Assembly (NCBI GenBank): GCA_009787795.1
Contig: WQSP01000001.1
Span: 1 to 48,045, forward strand
Length of the DNA stretch: 48,045 nucleotides
Direction of reading: 5' to 3'
Source: Treponema sp.
GTDB lineage: Bacteria > Spirochaetota > Spirochaetia > Treponematales > Breznakiellaceae
A program made the position numbers and the translations under genes. Positions 38,701-48,045 of this stretch are shown here, in pieces (position 1 is the stretch's first letter; every line of letters starts with the position of its first letter). Under the pieces are notes generated by a model that did not search any database, was not told where the DNA came from, and worked only from the letters and a program-made list of their open reading frames with translations.

Positions 38701-41259
38701 CACTTCAGTCAATGTTGGAGCGATTGTGTCAATCTTGATATCTTTCAATCCGCCAAGATTTTGCGCAACGGGAGGAACCGCGATTGCGGGACTCATTCCG
38801 TTAGTGTCCAACCATTGACTTGCAACAAAACCGTTTACCGCAGTTACCGTCAAATCGTCTGTATTTTGACCTGCCAAAACAGTATATGTAAAACTGTGTC
38901 TTGTGCTTAAATTGTTTCCTGGCGATGTATAAGCTGCGTTTCCGCCGCCGCTTAACGAAAGACTGATTCCCGATCCTGTGTACCTTACCTGTTTGTTAAA
39001 CTCAAAATGAACATCTATCTCACTGCCTGCCCTGTAAGAACCGTCGGATGTTGTGCTTGATATGTACATAAGCCTTGGAACCACAGTATCCGCTCTTGCC
39101 AAAAGTGATACTGTCGTAATATTGTTGCCAAGGTCCGTAAAACTTGCTTCCACGCGTCCGCCGCCCTTTACGGCTTCGCCTTCGTCCAATAAAATATCGG
39201 AAGACCATGTACCGGAACCCGAACCGCTGTTCCATGTTCTTGTTGTTGTCATTTGAAGACCGTTCCATGTCACCTTGAATTCTTTTACCCTGTTGTCAAG
39301 GTTGCTGTTCCATACACGTATGGAATCGTCGCTCCATGTTCCTGTAATGCGAATCGTGTCATTTTCTTCGAGTGTCACCATTTGGAAATTTTCACCCTGC
39401 ATTTGCGAAAGCGTGTATGTAATTAAATTTGAACCGCCCCGCCTGATCGACAGGTTTGTTATGGTCAACATGTCCGGAGGCGAAATGTCTCCCCTGACAG
39501 AATGCAGTCTTGTAACCGCCTTGCCTTCAGTTTTGCCTTCCAGCCTTAAAATGAAAGTTTGGGTTACCAAAGGGGTAATTACCGTGCCGGGACTGACAAT
39601 TTGACCCATTCCAAGATCGGTAAACAAATTGATGCTTTGCGTAAAATCCTTGTAATACCTTCCGCCTTCGCCGGGTTCCGCATTACTTGGGAGAGTTATA
39701 TTCCAAAGAATGTTTCCGTTTGTTGTTGTAACATTATTTCCCGGAGTGGGACGGCTGCCACTGTTGTCCCATATACCGGATTCTGCGCCGAGGTATTCAA
39801 ACTGATCCATATTGTTGCCGGGTTTTATCCAGACAAGCAACAGCTCTACAGGCTCCTGTCCGTCGCTTACCGTGCCGCTTACCGTAAAATCTCCCGATTG
39901 GTTTCCGAACAGCGATTGGTTGGAATTGGGTCCTGCAATCTCAATGCCCGGCATCGATGTGTCCCTTACAAAGAAATATCTGTATTCCGTAAGCCCGGGA
40001 AGATCGTTGATATCGACGCAATCAAGAACGATAACGTATTCCGAACATTCGGCGGGAGCCGTTATCGCAAAAGAAAAGAATGTCGAAGGGGTGGAACCCG
40101 GCGTAACGGGTATGTTCATCCTTGTTTGCGGGAAATCGTTTCCATTGCCGTCGACAATAAAGGGATCTCCCCTTGCGCCGTTCACCCATTTGTAAATTTG
40201 GTATGTTACGCTTTTTACGCCGTCATCGTCATAAGCCAAAAGCTGCATTTCCGATTCGGGGTAAACCTCGGCCTGTCTCGGTACCGATTCGTGTCCCACT
40301 CCTGTCACCCAGGGTCTGTCCGATTCCGGCCAATACACAAACCAGCCGTGCGTAGCCACTTTATAATTGCCGGCTTTGTCTGTCGCCGTACTCTTTACCA
40401 TAAGAAAATACGGAGCAGTAGGAAAATCGGAATCTTTTCCTCCGGTCAAATCGATATTATCTTCATCGATAACATAATTGCCGCCCCATGAAGCATTGGG
40501 CACATTATTCAGGAAATCCTTGTTGTAATAGACATTGCCGTCATGATCCACCAACTGAAAGGCAAGTGTGTTTATGGAAAAATTGTCATTCACCTCATAT
40601 TGAATTTCGATATCCTGATTGAAAAGCCTGTTTAGAATCGACGGGTTCCTTAGGGTATATCCGTTAAAAACGGACAGAACATCCTGAAAATAGTCGTATT
40701 CTTCTGTTGCCTTGTTTTGCTGTTCAAGATTGGGAAGGGTCACTTTTGTTACAGGTCCCGTTTTGTCGATTATTACCCTGCGCTGTTCCATGGCTCCCCT
40801 GTTCTGCACATTGTTTTGCGCTCCTGCGGTAATCAGGTATTCTCCCTCCGGTTCGCCCGACATGTCGATTGAAATTGCCCATTCCACAAAACCGGGAACA
40901 TTTTCCTCTATGTCCCATAAGCCGTCAGCCAAAACCCAACCGACGCTTTGTGTACTGCGCTGCCATACGCCGCGCTCGCCGTGCCATTCCTGTTCCCAAG
41001 CCTCACCGATAAATTCGCCCGTAACCGGGTCTTTGCTTCTTACCTTTTCCACGGTTACAAACAGGTGTACAATTTCCTGCAGGTCCGATGCGGTTCCCGT
41101 TATTTCAAGATTTCCGCTTATGTTCGCCATGAAAACAGGGCTGATGATTTCCACCAAAGGCGGATCCATGTTCAATTTTGGTCCAAGCCCGACTTCGCAT
41201 GAGGAAAAACCGAATGCCAATAAAATAAATACTGTTGTTGTCAATCCAATTTTTTTCAT
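35791..41259 (-). CDS. Giant surface lipoprotein with Ig-like repeats (paralog 2, 1822 aa)
   Basis: FSSC lipobox, T/N/G-rich beta repeats (DKAGN, LLFTYEIQDGD, ARQTDRAGNE); RBS ggagg. Confidence 0.8.
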   Translation of the reverse strand: MKKIGLTTTVFILLAFGFSSCEVGLGPKLNMDPPLVEIISPVFMANISGNLEITGTASDLQEIVHLFVTVEKVRSKDPVTGEFIGEAWEQEWHGERGVWQRSTQSVGWVLADGLWDIEENVPGFVEWAISIDMSGEPEGEYLITAGAQNNVQNRGAMEQRRVIIDKTGPVTKVTLPNLEQQNKATEEYDYFQDVLSVFNGYTLRNPSILNRLFNQDIEIQYEVNDNFSINTLAFQLVDHDGNVYYNKDFLNNVPNASWGGNYVIDEDNIDLTGGKDSDFPTAPYFLMVKSTATDKAGNYKVATHGWFVYWPESDRPWVTGVGHESVPRQAEVYPESEMQLLAYDDDGVKSVTYQIYKWVNGARGDPFIVDGNGNDFPQTRMNIPVTPGSTPSTFFSFAITAPAECSEYVIVLDCVDINDLPGLTEYRYFFVRDTSMPGIEIAGPNSNQSLFGNQSGDFTVSGTVSDGQEPVELLLVWIKPGNNMDQFEYLGAESGIWDNSGSRPTPGNNVTTTNGNILWNITLPSNAEPGEGGRYYKDFTQSINLFTDLGMGQIVSPGTVITPLVTQTFILRLEGKTEGKAVTRLHSVRGDISPPDMLTITNLSIRRGGSNLITYTLSQMQGENFQMVTLEENDTIRITGTWSDDSIRVWNSNLDNRVKEFKVTWNGLQMTTTRTWNSGSGSGTWSSDILLDEGEAVKGGGRVEASFTDLGNNITTVSLLARADTVVPRLMYISSTTSDGSYRAGSEIDVHFEFNKQVRYTGSGISLSLSGGGNAAYTSPGNNLSTRHSFTYTVLAGQNTDDLTVTAVNGFVASQWLDTNGMSPAIAVPPVAQNLGGLKDIKIDTIAPTLTEVDAITDTGFYRFGQTIYLTAKFSEDINFIPPTPNNVTMSLNLSPGTGSGRTPMLFGTDTLLFTYEIQDGDNTPASNYLLATGLNNIAGRITDIAGNPFVYSSIPSNITNNIVIDTARPVAPTISASITNGGSSPNPQEFEITNTETGATVEYSINNGPWLGYTVPVTISSTATYSIRARQTDRAGNESDPSSPYDITIQPQQVLLQGLGGSNPGTYTLNNIIEIRLNLRTNLGTLSVTGNPTLGLNITNFAGATLNRTATLINVDQSSKSLVFTYTIQETDTVDLLEITSLNLAGAQIMENSSSLNTELMSNWNLPSRMPLSFYTRIGIKTDVPSVTNVTLTNSALTITFSKDIFKGSGNITLEQNGTGSNEYRAPAVMTKSDYQRWGGNAVLGAYYTVGTNGTDAQGVPDLSEKYILNWNVEPNNNALVTALKGRNAHMVQIPVLSGAVTVSANRRIMTVDLTEAWGYNLRVRGVAYQLSLDNTIVRDEQNNSLAAYTPASLTNPGVNAPFIRVQKNRGTFSNANVSTGGGNTVDVTRYYRLTGNTAITVRIGANAPTETGTWVRTSRFHIRVPETATNIIYLTGGNNRISFFDIRNNGGGTMGHVFNNNNALSFAWSGNNNNRIYNNDNAQTTENGGNVFVNPVEHVIYNGERWNQGDIVFSNVWINIAGLTAADNATANQTGWFPVTTSETTGGTQVSTAVTTQPRTAQVRIDSQTPSANIRYSTNQTTQNPQQGTSANPFTGGSLTAHPAAPSFSPTFVSNTTDHVNGITFDVGNATADNFQGIIVGIRATARTNAQNISGEVFEKASRSVIQFNYSPDIPNNWGTLSGLVGTGRALQLWLRGGTDVTGQNSFEGFPLSWDENDSAGIRLMTDVNRGTALSPLWYWMSWEITDTAYFYFIAGSTSTATTATSGPHRWAWGKNAWAVQQAQYPLHPGGSLLFTRNTIVARPATERFEFYDAFSGGTP

Positions 41260-41268
41260 ATTTTCCTC

Positions 41269-44200
41269 CTACCTGTTTCCTCTTTGCATTCCCCAATTGC
41301 CGTAAACGCGGTAATTGTGCACTTGATAATTGGCGCTGAACGGCTGCCATGAATTGTCATTGTCGTTATTGTTCCACAAAGCGCCCATCGTATAGCCTGC
41401 ATCGTTTCTTGTCAGGGGACTTACCTGCCAGAACTCGCTAACTATTTCCCATGAAATAAAAATCCAATCGCTTGAATTTGCCGTTCCGTTCCGGTAGAAG
41501 AACCTGTTCCATGTTCCGGACATGTCGTTATACCTCATTGGGAACCCGGCAATTGTTACGGCTCCGTTACGCGTATTTGTAGCTTCTATCTTGAGGAAGC
41601 GGTTAGTCCCAACCTGATCCTGAACGCCCCTGTAAACAATCACGGTTTTGAACGCTCCTTCGTATCCGCGCGCGCTTGCGGTCAAACCTGCGCGAGTTGC
41701 AGTTGCGCCTATATAATCCTTTCTTGCAGTGTACATGGCTTCCCTGAATGCGTCCGCATCGGAAGTCGCCTGTTCCAAAACCCTTCCTCCAAGGTTTATA
41801 TAGTTACCCATGGTGTAACTTGTATTTATAACCAAATTGGTACCGGAATTTGTTTCGATTGCCGCTACTGTCGCATCCGGAATGTTTGAGTTGCCGGCAT
41901 GACCCGGATTGGCATTTGCGCGATAAGGATCGCTGTCTCCCTGACCCGGCATGGCGCCTGACGTAATTCGCGCAATTCCTCCGTTCAAACCCCTTAATAC
42001 GTCTATGTCGGTTGAGGTATTTGAAGGAACGGTCGAACTCCTGTTATATTCTCCCCTTTGAATTGCAGCACCGGGCGTTACCGTATCTATTCTGTATCTG
42101 ACGTTTGTCTGGAAAGTCCCCGTTGCGCCTGCGTATGCCCTGTTATTTGATACGCGATCCACCCTGATTACAGGCGTGGAAACCACGTTGGACCAGAACC
42201 AGCGCTGATTCGTTGCTGCCGCTCCTTCCGCCTCCTGCCATCCTGCAAAATAATTGGAAGCCACGTCGCGGAAAGAATTTGCGTCAATCTCCACTTTCCA
42301 TTGCCTTCCTGCGGGAAGCGGATCCAAATTTACGGTAATCGTGTTTGTACCGGCTCCCGACACCCTGTCGGTGTTTACAACTTCAATTTCCTGCCACATG
42401 TATTTTGCACTGTTCATTAAATTTCTGAGTACTGTTGTATTGGAACCCGCAGTGGCATTGTCAATGCCGGTTTCAAAATTGAGGACATATTTTGTATCGG
42501 TATCCGGCACATAAGCCGTATTTCCGGCATTTGGTTTTATGCCGTGAGTCGTCCTTACATAACGGCCTGCCGCTTGCAGCGCATTTCTGTCCGCAGACGA
42601 GGAAAGTCCGTTGCTTACTGTCGTAAACTCCTCGTTTGTCAAAACGGGCGGAATTAGCCAGTTGCCTGTTGTTACTCCCGTATTGCCGCCTGCAGTTGCC
42701 GTAGGTCTTACTCTTATGTATCCCCTCTCAGGCCATACGGCTGCATCGAATACAAGAGTTATCGTGGATCTTGCCGCGTCCCCAGTACCTGTAACCGAAA
42801 TAACCGAGTTGGAAACGGGAGCGCCGCCCGTAATTGTGGGTCTTATGCTTAAAACTTCGACTCCCGTACGCGCAGCGTTATATGCATCTCTTACAGTGGT
42901 TATCATGGTGTTCAATGTTGCGCTATTGTCGTTTGAGAAAAGCGTTTCCGTGCCGGATTCCCTTTTTACGCCTGCAAGATTGACAGCATCAATTTCCACG
43001 CCGAGTGTTCTTCCGGCAGGGTTATCCTTCATCATTCTTCTGTTTGCGCCAACAGTCCACGAGAACGGTATTGCAAAATCCGCATTTGCGGCAGTTATTA
43101 CGGGAAGATTGATGGTAATATTTCCCGTATTGCCGGTTGCGTTTCCTCCCCACAATGTTACGGTTCCCGTTCCTGCAGAAGAAACAGGTCCGTTAAAAAT
43201 CAGTTTAAAATTCAATACGGAACCTTCGCTGTAAATGCCGTTGGGATTGTCGCACACTATGCTTACAAGCGCCGAGTCGCTTAAAAGGCTGAATGCGGGA
43301 ATCCAGGTAATTATTCCTTCGTTCCCCGCCCTGTCAATCTGACGCGCTCCAATGTTGTATGTTGTCGGCTGATTTGCCACAATCTCTTTCGGAAGGGGAT
43401 CATTGATATCGGTCCAGGTTACGCCGTCTACGGTAAATTGCACTCTGGTTCCATAATGGGTTTCTATTACGTTAACCGCCGGAACAACCGGGTTGCCGCC
43501 TGCATCATGCAAATTGCTCCTTACTTCGTAACGCCTGGTTTGCGGTCCATCGGATGCAATGAGTCCGACTCTTATGACAGGCACAGCCGCAGGTCTTACC
43601 GCATCCACCCTGACATCGCTTGATCTTGTAACAGTTTGCGTTCCGCCAAGGGTAAGGAAATTTCCCCTGCCGCCTACGGTGTCGGTTATTTTGTCCCTGT
43701 CTTCGTTGCTGAAACAGTTTGTTATGTCAATTGTAAGATTTACAGGATCGTACAAATCGCCGTCCGCAACCTTGTAGGTAAAGCGCATTGTCCTGTTGCT
43801 GTTGGAGGTTGTCTGGAATGACGCATAACGGTTTTGGACAACGCCCTGTGCGTTCGTTATTGGAAGCAGAAGACTCGGGTTGCCAAGCACTCTTGCCTCT
43901 TTGCTTAACGTTACGTCTATCGAGAAGACTTCGCCTTCCCTGTGCCATGCATAATCCGCAGTGGCTGTCGGCGATGTTTGGTAATTGCTCTTGCCTGCCT
44001 GTTTGGCGACAGCCACACCGACAATTCTTGGCGGAATGCCCTGTACGGACAATTGCTTGTTAAAAAGAGGGTTTGTAATGGTTGTATTCAGAGCGCCAGG
44101 AGGTATTGCAGCGCTTATTGTTCCGCCGTTAAGCTCTATCGCATCCGCCTGCAAAAACCCGATTGTATTTTCGTTTGAACCCGTATGATCGCCCGAAATG

Positions 44201-46506
44201 ATGGTGTAAAGGAAGACAAGGGTATTGGTTCCCGCGCCGCTTTGATAATACGCATAACGGTTTGCACCGTGCGAGAAATTTGTAAGCCTTATTCTTGGAA
44301 CTCCCGCTGCCGTATTTACCGCTTCCACAGGTCTGTCAAATATTGCCTGAACGCGGATTTCGTCCCTGCCGGAAAAAACCGAACCCTGGTTGTGCGGAGT
44401 GTCAATCCTTGTAAGAACGGGAAGGGTGTCGATTCTTACGAACAGATCCGTAACGTCGGAGTTTCCAAGCGAATCCCTTACCCGTATCTCGTACTGGAAA
44501 TCGCCCAAAACCTGATGGGAATCGGTCGCTCTCCATACGTTGAGCGTGGTTCCGTTTCTTACAAGCGTACCGGGTTCAAGGTTCAATTCGTTTCCCGAAG
44601 GACGCGAAATGAGTCTTACTTCGGTAATCGCAAGCCCCCGTTCCGAATACGGATGCAAAATGAAATTGATCTGTTCGTTAATGTCAAACACCGCAAGGTT
44701 TGTGGGACTTAACACTTCGATAACGGGCGGCTGTTTGTACGGCAAAAGTCTCAGGGTGTAGAATACATCAACCAAATCTTCCGGTTTTTCCGCCCTGCTT
44801 TGCGTGTAAAGGATGAACACCTTTATTTCGTTTTCCGGTACGCCGTTAACGATAAAATCGTCGAATATGTCAAATTCAAATTCAAAATTCTGCCGCGAGA
44901 ACGGCTTTCCGTTATCTTCGGGAATCAATATCGTCTGAGACGGAATGTTTTCCAAAGACCAAATCTTTACGCCGTCCTGTGCCGCGTTGCCTTTAAGCAT
45001 TTCCTGTACAGCCGTTATTTGCGTTTCGCCCGAACCGTAACCGACAGGAACCCAGGCGATCCTTGTAATATTAACCGGATCCAAATTGACAATTCTGCCC
45101 TTGATGGCAAATTTTCTGTTGTCCGTAAGGGGCGGATCCGTATTTTCCGGCGGGTCTTCCACCATGATAATCGGAACGCCGTCTTCCATGATGACTACAT
45201 TGCGCACCGCCCTGGACCATGAAGCCGGAAAACCGTTTTCTTTTCTGTCGCGAACAAGAGTGATAAGACGGTACTGACCGCGCATTTTGTTTACGTCCAA
45301 AGAAACGACAGTTCTTGTAACCGGAGCGTTTATTTGGCTGGTTTCCAGAATGTATTGACCAAGTTCGTCAGCAAAACTCGCATGGTTTATATTCTCAAGT
45401 TTTTCGATGTCGGTTTCTCCCGGCATGTTTTCCCAATGTTCAAGGGTGACGAGCCCCGTATAAATGCTGTCAACCTTGTCGTCGTCAAAAACCGTTATCG
45501 GAATAACCGCGCCTTTTTCCACAAGTATGTTTTTTGTCACGGGGTCTTGCGTATGGGTTTGTATCCTTGCCAAATCCGATTCCGGAAACCAGGAAATGCA
45601 AAAAAGCGTGTTTGTAATGTCTTCGTTCATGCCCGAATGCCCCGCCGTGGCGGTAGCCGTAATTACAACATTGAAAATGTGTTTGTCCCGGGCATACAAT
45701 TCGTTGTCCTGCACAATCATGTCATGGGTGATTGTCCAGGACGGAACGTACAGCGATCCTGCGCTTGAAGGAAAATCCAAATCCTGCGCAAAAACTTTTG
45801 TTCCGTCCACGTCAACAAGATTCATCCTCACGCCCGACAAACTGAAATCGTGCGAAATTTTTGCGTTTATCGAAAATTTTTCGTTTTGGAAAAAGTGAAT
45901 GTTTTCGAATACGTCGTGATCAAAACTGCCCAATACGGCTCTCGGCAGAAGGGAAACCTGCACCCCCTCGCCCCTGTCAACCAAAATCGACTCGACGACA
46001 GGCGGGTTTACATCGACAAGAAGCGTAAGCTGCTGTACGGTATCGGGACCGATATTGCCGGGTCTGTCCAATGCCGTTATGCTGATTAAACGTTCGCCCG
46101 ACTGAATGCCGTCCAAATTGATGCGCCATTCCTGTCTGCCGTTGCTGTTTTTCGTTTGGGAGGGAACTGTTGTCCACGAAGGGGCACTGCCGTTTACAGG
46201 CACGGCATTGTCGCCAATTTCCTCGATGTGGATTGTTTCCACATTTTTATTGTCCAGGGCTTCACCGACCAAAAACGCCCCGTCTCCGAATAAAATGCCG
46301 GGGCCGATGAACATTTTATTGCCTTCTTCCTGAACGGTTTTAACGGTTCCGTCCGCCAGTTCAATTCTGAGAACCCAAAGTTCCGGAGCTTCCAGGTCTA
46401 CAGGGTCGCCCAACCCCATAACGCCGTCGCAAACGGTTAAAAACATCCCTGCCACAAGCAGAAAAACCGTCAAAACGAGTGTATTTCTCAGTTTGTTTTT
46501 GTTCAT
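41269..46506 (-). CDS. Giant surface lipoprotein with Ig-like repeats (paralog 1, 1745 aa)
   Basis: FLTVC spirochaetal-type lipobox, DRPGN, GTNTLVFLYTIISGD and ARQIDRAGNE; RBS ggagg. Confidence 0.8.
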   Translation of the reverse strand: MNKNKLRNTLVLTVFLLVAGMFLTVCDGVMGLGDPVDLEAPELWVLRIELADGTVKTVQEEGNKMFIGPGILFGDGAFLVGEALDNKNVETIHIEEIGDNAVPVNGSAPSWTTVPSQTKNSNGRQEWRINLDGIQSGERLISITALDRPGNIGPDTVQQLTLLVDVNPPVVESILVDRGEGVQVSLLPRAVLGSFDHDVFENIHFFQNEKFSINAKISHDFSLSGVRMNLVDVDGTKVFAQDLDFPSSAGSLYVPSWTITHDMIVQDNELYARDKHIFNVVITATATAGHSGMNEDITNTLFCISWFPESDLARIQTHTQDPVTKNILVEKGAVIPITVFDDDKVDSIYTGLVTLEHWENMPGETDIEKLENINHASFADELGQYILETSQINAPVTRTVVSLDVNKMRGQYRLITLVRDRKENGFPASWSRAVRNVVIMEDGVPIIMVEDPPENTDPPLTDNRKFAIKGRIVNLDPVNITRIAWVPVGYGSGETQITAVQEMLKGNAAQDGVKIWSLENIPSQTILIPEDNGKPFSRQNFEFEFDIFDDFIVNGVPENEIKVFILYTQSRAEKPEDLVDVFYTLRLLPYKQPPVIEVLSPTNLAVFDINEQINFILHPYSERGLAITEVRLISRPSGNELNLEPGTLVRNGTTLNVWRATDSHQVLGDFQYEIRVRDSLGNSDVTDLFVRIDTLPVLTRIDTPHNQGSVFSGRDEIRVQAIFDRPVEAVNTAAGVPRIRLTNFSHGANRYAYYQSGAGTNTLVFLYTIISGDHTGSNENTIGFLQADAIELNGGTISAAIPPGALNTTITNPLFNKQLSVQGIPPRIVGVAVAKQAGKSNYQTSPTATADYAWHREGEVFSIDVTLSKEARVLGNPSLLLPITNAQGVVQNRYASFQTTSNSNRTMRFTYKVADGDLYDPVNLTIDITNCFSNEDRDKITDTVGGRGNFLTLGGTQTVTRSSDVRVDAVRPAAVPVIRVGLIASDGPQTRRYEVRSNLHDAGGNPVVPAVNVIETHYGTRVQFTVDGVTWTDINDPLPKEIVANQPTTYNIGARQIDRAGNEGIITWIPAFSLLSDSALVSIVCDNPNGIYSEGSVLNFKLIFNGPVSSAGTGTVTLWGGNATGNTGNITINLPVITAANADFAIPFSWTVGANRRMMKDNPAGRTLGVEIDAVNLAGVKRESGTETLFSNDNSATLNTMITTVRDAYNAARTGVEVLSIRPTITGGAPVSNSVISVTGTGDAARSTITLVFDAAVWPERGYIRVRPTATAGGNTGVTTGNWLIPPVLTNEEFTTVSNGLSSSADRNALQAAGRYVRTTHGIKPNAGNTAYVPDTDTKYVLNFETGIDNATAGSNTTVLRNLMNSAKYMWQEIEVVNTDRVSGAGTNTITVNLDPLPAGRQWKVEIDANSFRDVASNYFAGWQEAEGAAATNQRWFWSNVVSTPVIRVDRVSNNRAYAGATGTFQTNVRYRIDTVTPGAAIQRGEYNRSSTVPSNTSTDIDVLRGLNGGIARITSGAMPGQGDSDPYRANANPGHAGNSNIPDATVAAIETNSGTNLVINTSYTMGNYINLGGRVLEQATSDADAFREAMYTARKDYIGATATRAGLTASARGYEGAFKTVIVYRGVQDQVGTNRFLKIEATNTRNGAVTIAGFPMRYNDMSGTWNRFFYRNGTANSSDWIFISWEIVSEFWQVSPLTRNDAGYTMGALWNNNDNDNSWQPFSANYQVHNYRVYGNWGMQRGNR

Positions 46507-46596
46507 AACAAGCCTCCCGGAGTAAGTAACCCTAAATCGGGCATTTTAGCAGGTGGTTGATGCAGAAAAAAAAGATTAGGAAAGACCCTACTTATT

Positions 46597-46626
46597 ATTG
46601 TATCAATCAATGTAAAAAACTGTCAA
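46597..46626 (-). promoter_or_regulatory. Sigma70-type promoter for the giant lipoprotein pair
   Basis: TTGACA-18 bp-TACAAT with extended TG; about 85-nt leader. Confidence 0.65.
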
Positions 46627-46675
46627 CTTTTTTTTATAAAAAAATTGTTGAATTTGTCAGCTTCCGGGATGGCTA

Positions 46676-46705
46676 TTGACAAGAAACGATATTTTCCCCT
46701 AATAT
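46676..46705 (+). promoter_or_regulatory. Possible sigma70 promoter for the bS22-like gene and pfp
   Basis: TTGACA-18 bp-TAATAT. Confidence 0.5.
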
Positions 46706-46734
46706 GACGTAAATACGGATTTAAGGAGAGTTGA

Positions 46735-46824
46735 ATGCCCTGCGGAAGAAAGCGCAAACTGCGAAAAATCGCCACCCATAAACGCAAGAAAAAACTGCGA
46801 AAAAACAGACATAAAAGCAAATAG
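46735..46824 (+). CDS. Small basic ribosomal protein bS22-like (AURKAIP1/COX24/mS38 family), 29 aa
   Basis: MPCGRKRKLRKIATHKRKKKLRKNRHKSK; RBS aaggag at 46723-46728; below the ORF-track cutoff. Confidence 0.88.
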   Translation: MPCGRKRKLRKIATHKRKKKLRKNRHKSK

Positions 46825-46885
46825 GCGCCGTTAAAAGGCGCTTTAGGCAAGCATAATTTAAAAACACCAATTTAAGGAGTAAAAC

Positions 46886-48045
46886 GTGAGTATATCCGCC
46901 TTGCAGAAGGTTCGTTACGACTATAAACCCAAACTCCCTTCGATTCTCTCGGGTCCTACAGACGAAATCGGCGTAAATACGGGAGAACCGACCGAGGCAA
47001 TTTCCAACAGGGAAGAGCTGAAATCGATTTTCAAAAACACTTACGGAAAACCGCTTGTCACCTTCTCAAAGGGAAAAAACGACAAAATAAAACGCGAATT
47101 AAAGGTTGGCGTAATTCTCTCGGGCGGACAGGCTCCGGGCGGACACAATGTAATTGCGGGTATTTTTGACGGTCTTAAAAAAGGCAACAGCGCCTCGATC
47201 CTCTACGGTTTCAAGGGAGGCCCGTCAGGTCTGGTCGACAACAAAACCGTAGTCCTTACCCAACAAATAATCGACGAATACCGCAACACGGGCGGCTTTG
47301 ACATAATCGGCTCCGGCCGCACAAAAATCGAAACGCCCGAACAGTTTGCGTCTTCTTTGGAGACTGCAAAAAAACTCGATCTTGATGCAGTTGTCGTAAT
47401 CGGCGGCGACGATTCAAACACGAATGCCGCCCTTTTGGCGGAATATTTTCTTGCAAGCGGCTCAAAGACGCAGGTAATCGGCTGCCCGAAAACAATCGAC
47501 GGAGACCTGAAAAACGAACATATCGAAACCTCGTTCGGATTCGATACCGCATGCAAAACATATTCGGAGCTTATCGGCAATTTGGGGCGCGACACAAACA
47601 GCGCAAAAAAATACTGGCACTTCATAAAATTGATGGGACGCGCGGCAAGCCACATTGCGCTTGAATGCGCATTCCAGACACAGCCGAATATCTGCCTTGT
47701 CTCGGAAGAAGTCGAAGCAAAGGCAATGTCACTGGAAAAAATTGTCGATCAAATTTGCGCGTCGATTGCAAAGCGCGCCGAACTGGGCGACAACTTCGGT
47801 TTGATATTGATTCCCGAAGGACTTGTCGAGTTCATTCCCGAAATGAAACACCTGATAGACGAGCTTAACGACGCAATTGCAAAAGAAGAAAAGGATTTTG
47901 CAAAAAATTCGAATCTGATCGATCAGCTTTACTGGCTTTCGTCGCGAATTTCAGAAACATCATACAGAATCATTCAGTCTTTGCCGCCTGTAATAGCAAG
48001 CCAATTTTTAATGGACAGGGATCCGCATGGAAACGTGCAGGTTTC
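46886..48045 (+). CDS. pfp: Pyrophosphate-dependent phosphofructokinase (3'-truncated by window edge)
   Basis: GTG start after aaggag; [22 protein letters not shown] and MGR motifs. Absent from the ORF track because it has no stop in the window. Confidence 0.95.
   Translation, partial: MSISALQKVRYDYKPKLPSILSGPTDEIGVNTGEPTEAISNREELKSIFKNTYGKPLVTFSKGKNDKIKRELKVGVILSGGQAPGGHNVIAGIFDGLKKGNSASILYGFKGGPSGLVDNKTVVLTQQIIDEYRNTGGFDIIGSGRTKIETPEQFASSLETAKKLDLDAVVVIGGDDSNTNAALLAEYFLASGSKTQVIGCPKTIDGDLKNEHIETSFGFDTACKTYSELIGNLGRDTNSAKKYWHFIKLMGRAASHIALECAFQTQPNICLVSEEVEAKAMSLEKIVDQICASIAKRAELGDNFGLILIPEGLVEFIPEMKHLIDELNDAIAKEEKDFAKNSNLIDQLYWLSSRISETSYRIIQSLPPVIASQFLMDRDPHGNVQV

Noticed and set aside
35791-46506. 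Giant lipoproteins as diversity-generating retroelement targets
   Set aside because: No reverse transcriptase and no near-identical TR/VR repeat pair seen. The longest shared nucleotide match I noticed (gttccccgccctgtc, about 38146 and 43321) just encodes the conserved DRAGN motif.
46623-47868. ORF-track calls 46623-46850, 47203-47655, 47256-47561, 47462-47653 and 47665-47868
   Set aside because: They are antisense or out-of-frame shadows of the bS22-like gene and pfp.

Overview
This 48-kb window looks like core chromosome from a spirochaete of the Treponema type; the protein sequences, spirochaetal lipoboxes and gene order support this, and a gut or termite-gut lifestyle is only an inference. 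In order it contains: scpB-rluB-cmk-rpsA-sigma54 activator-TPR-lipoprotein (+); TPR-mreBCD-mrdA-rodA-radical SAM (-); RNase P RNA (+); YkgJ-MBL-mltG-dnaG-rpoD-Zn ribbon (-); purE-F-M-N-D-TPR (-); metY-like, peptide SBP, HD protein, aroC (+); DUF6941-like (-); GH43 (+); two giant paralogous Ig-repeat lipoproteins of 1745 and 1822 aa (-); a 29-aa bS22-like ribosomal protein and a partial PPi-phosphofructokinase (+). I saw no transposase, integrase, CRISPR array, tRNA or rRNA. The features the ORF track misses and that most deserve a second look are: a dispersed family of palindromic elements built from 10-bp tandem units at gene 3' ends (3 loci); a near-consensus promoter that appears to drive a leaderless 34-aa membrane peptide, antisense to the GH43 3' UTR and with an internal inverted repeat; a DUF6941-like gene that appears to start at ATT; an extra hairpin in the RNase P RNA; and the tandem giant lipoproteins, which share a C-terminal domain I do not recognise that carries swappable inserts.
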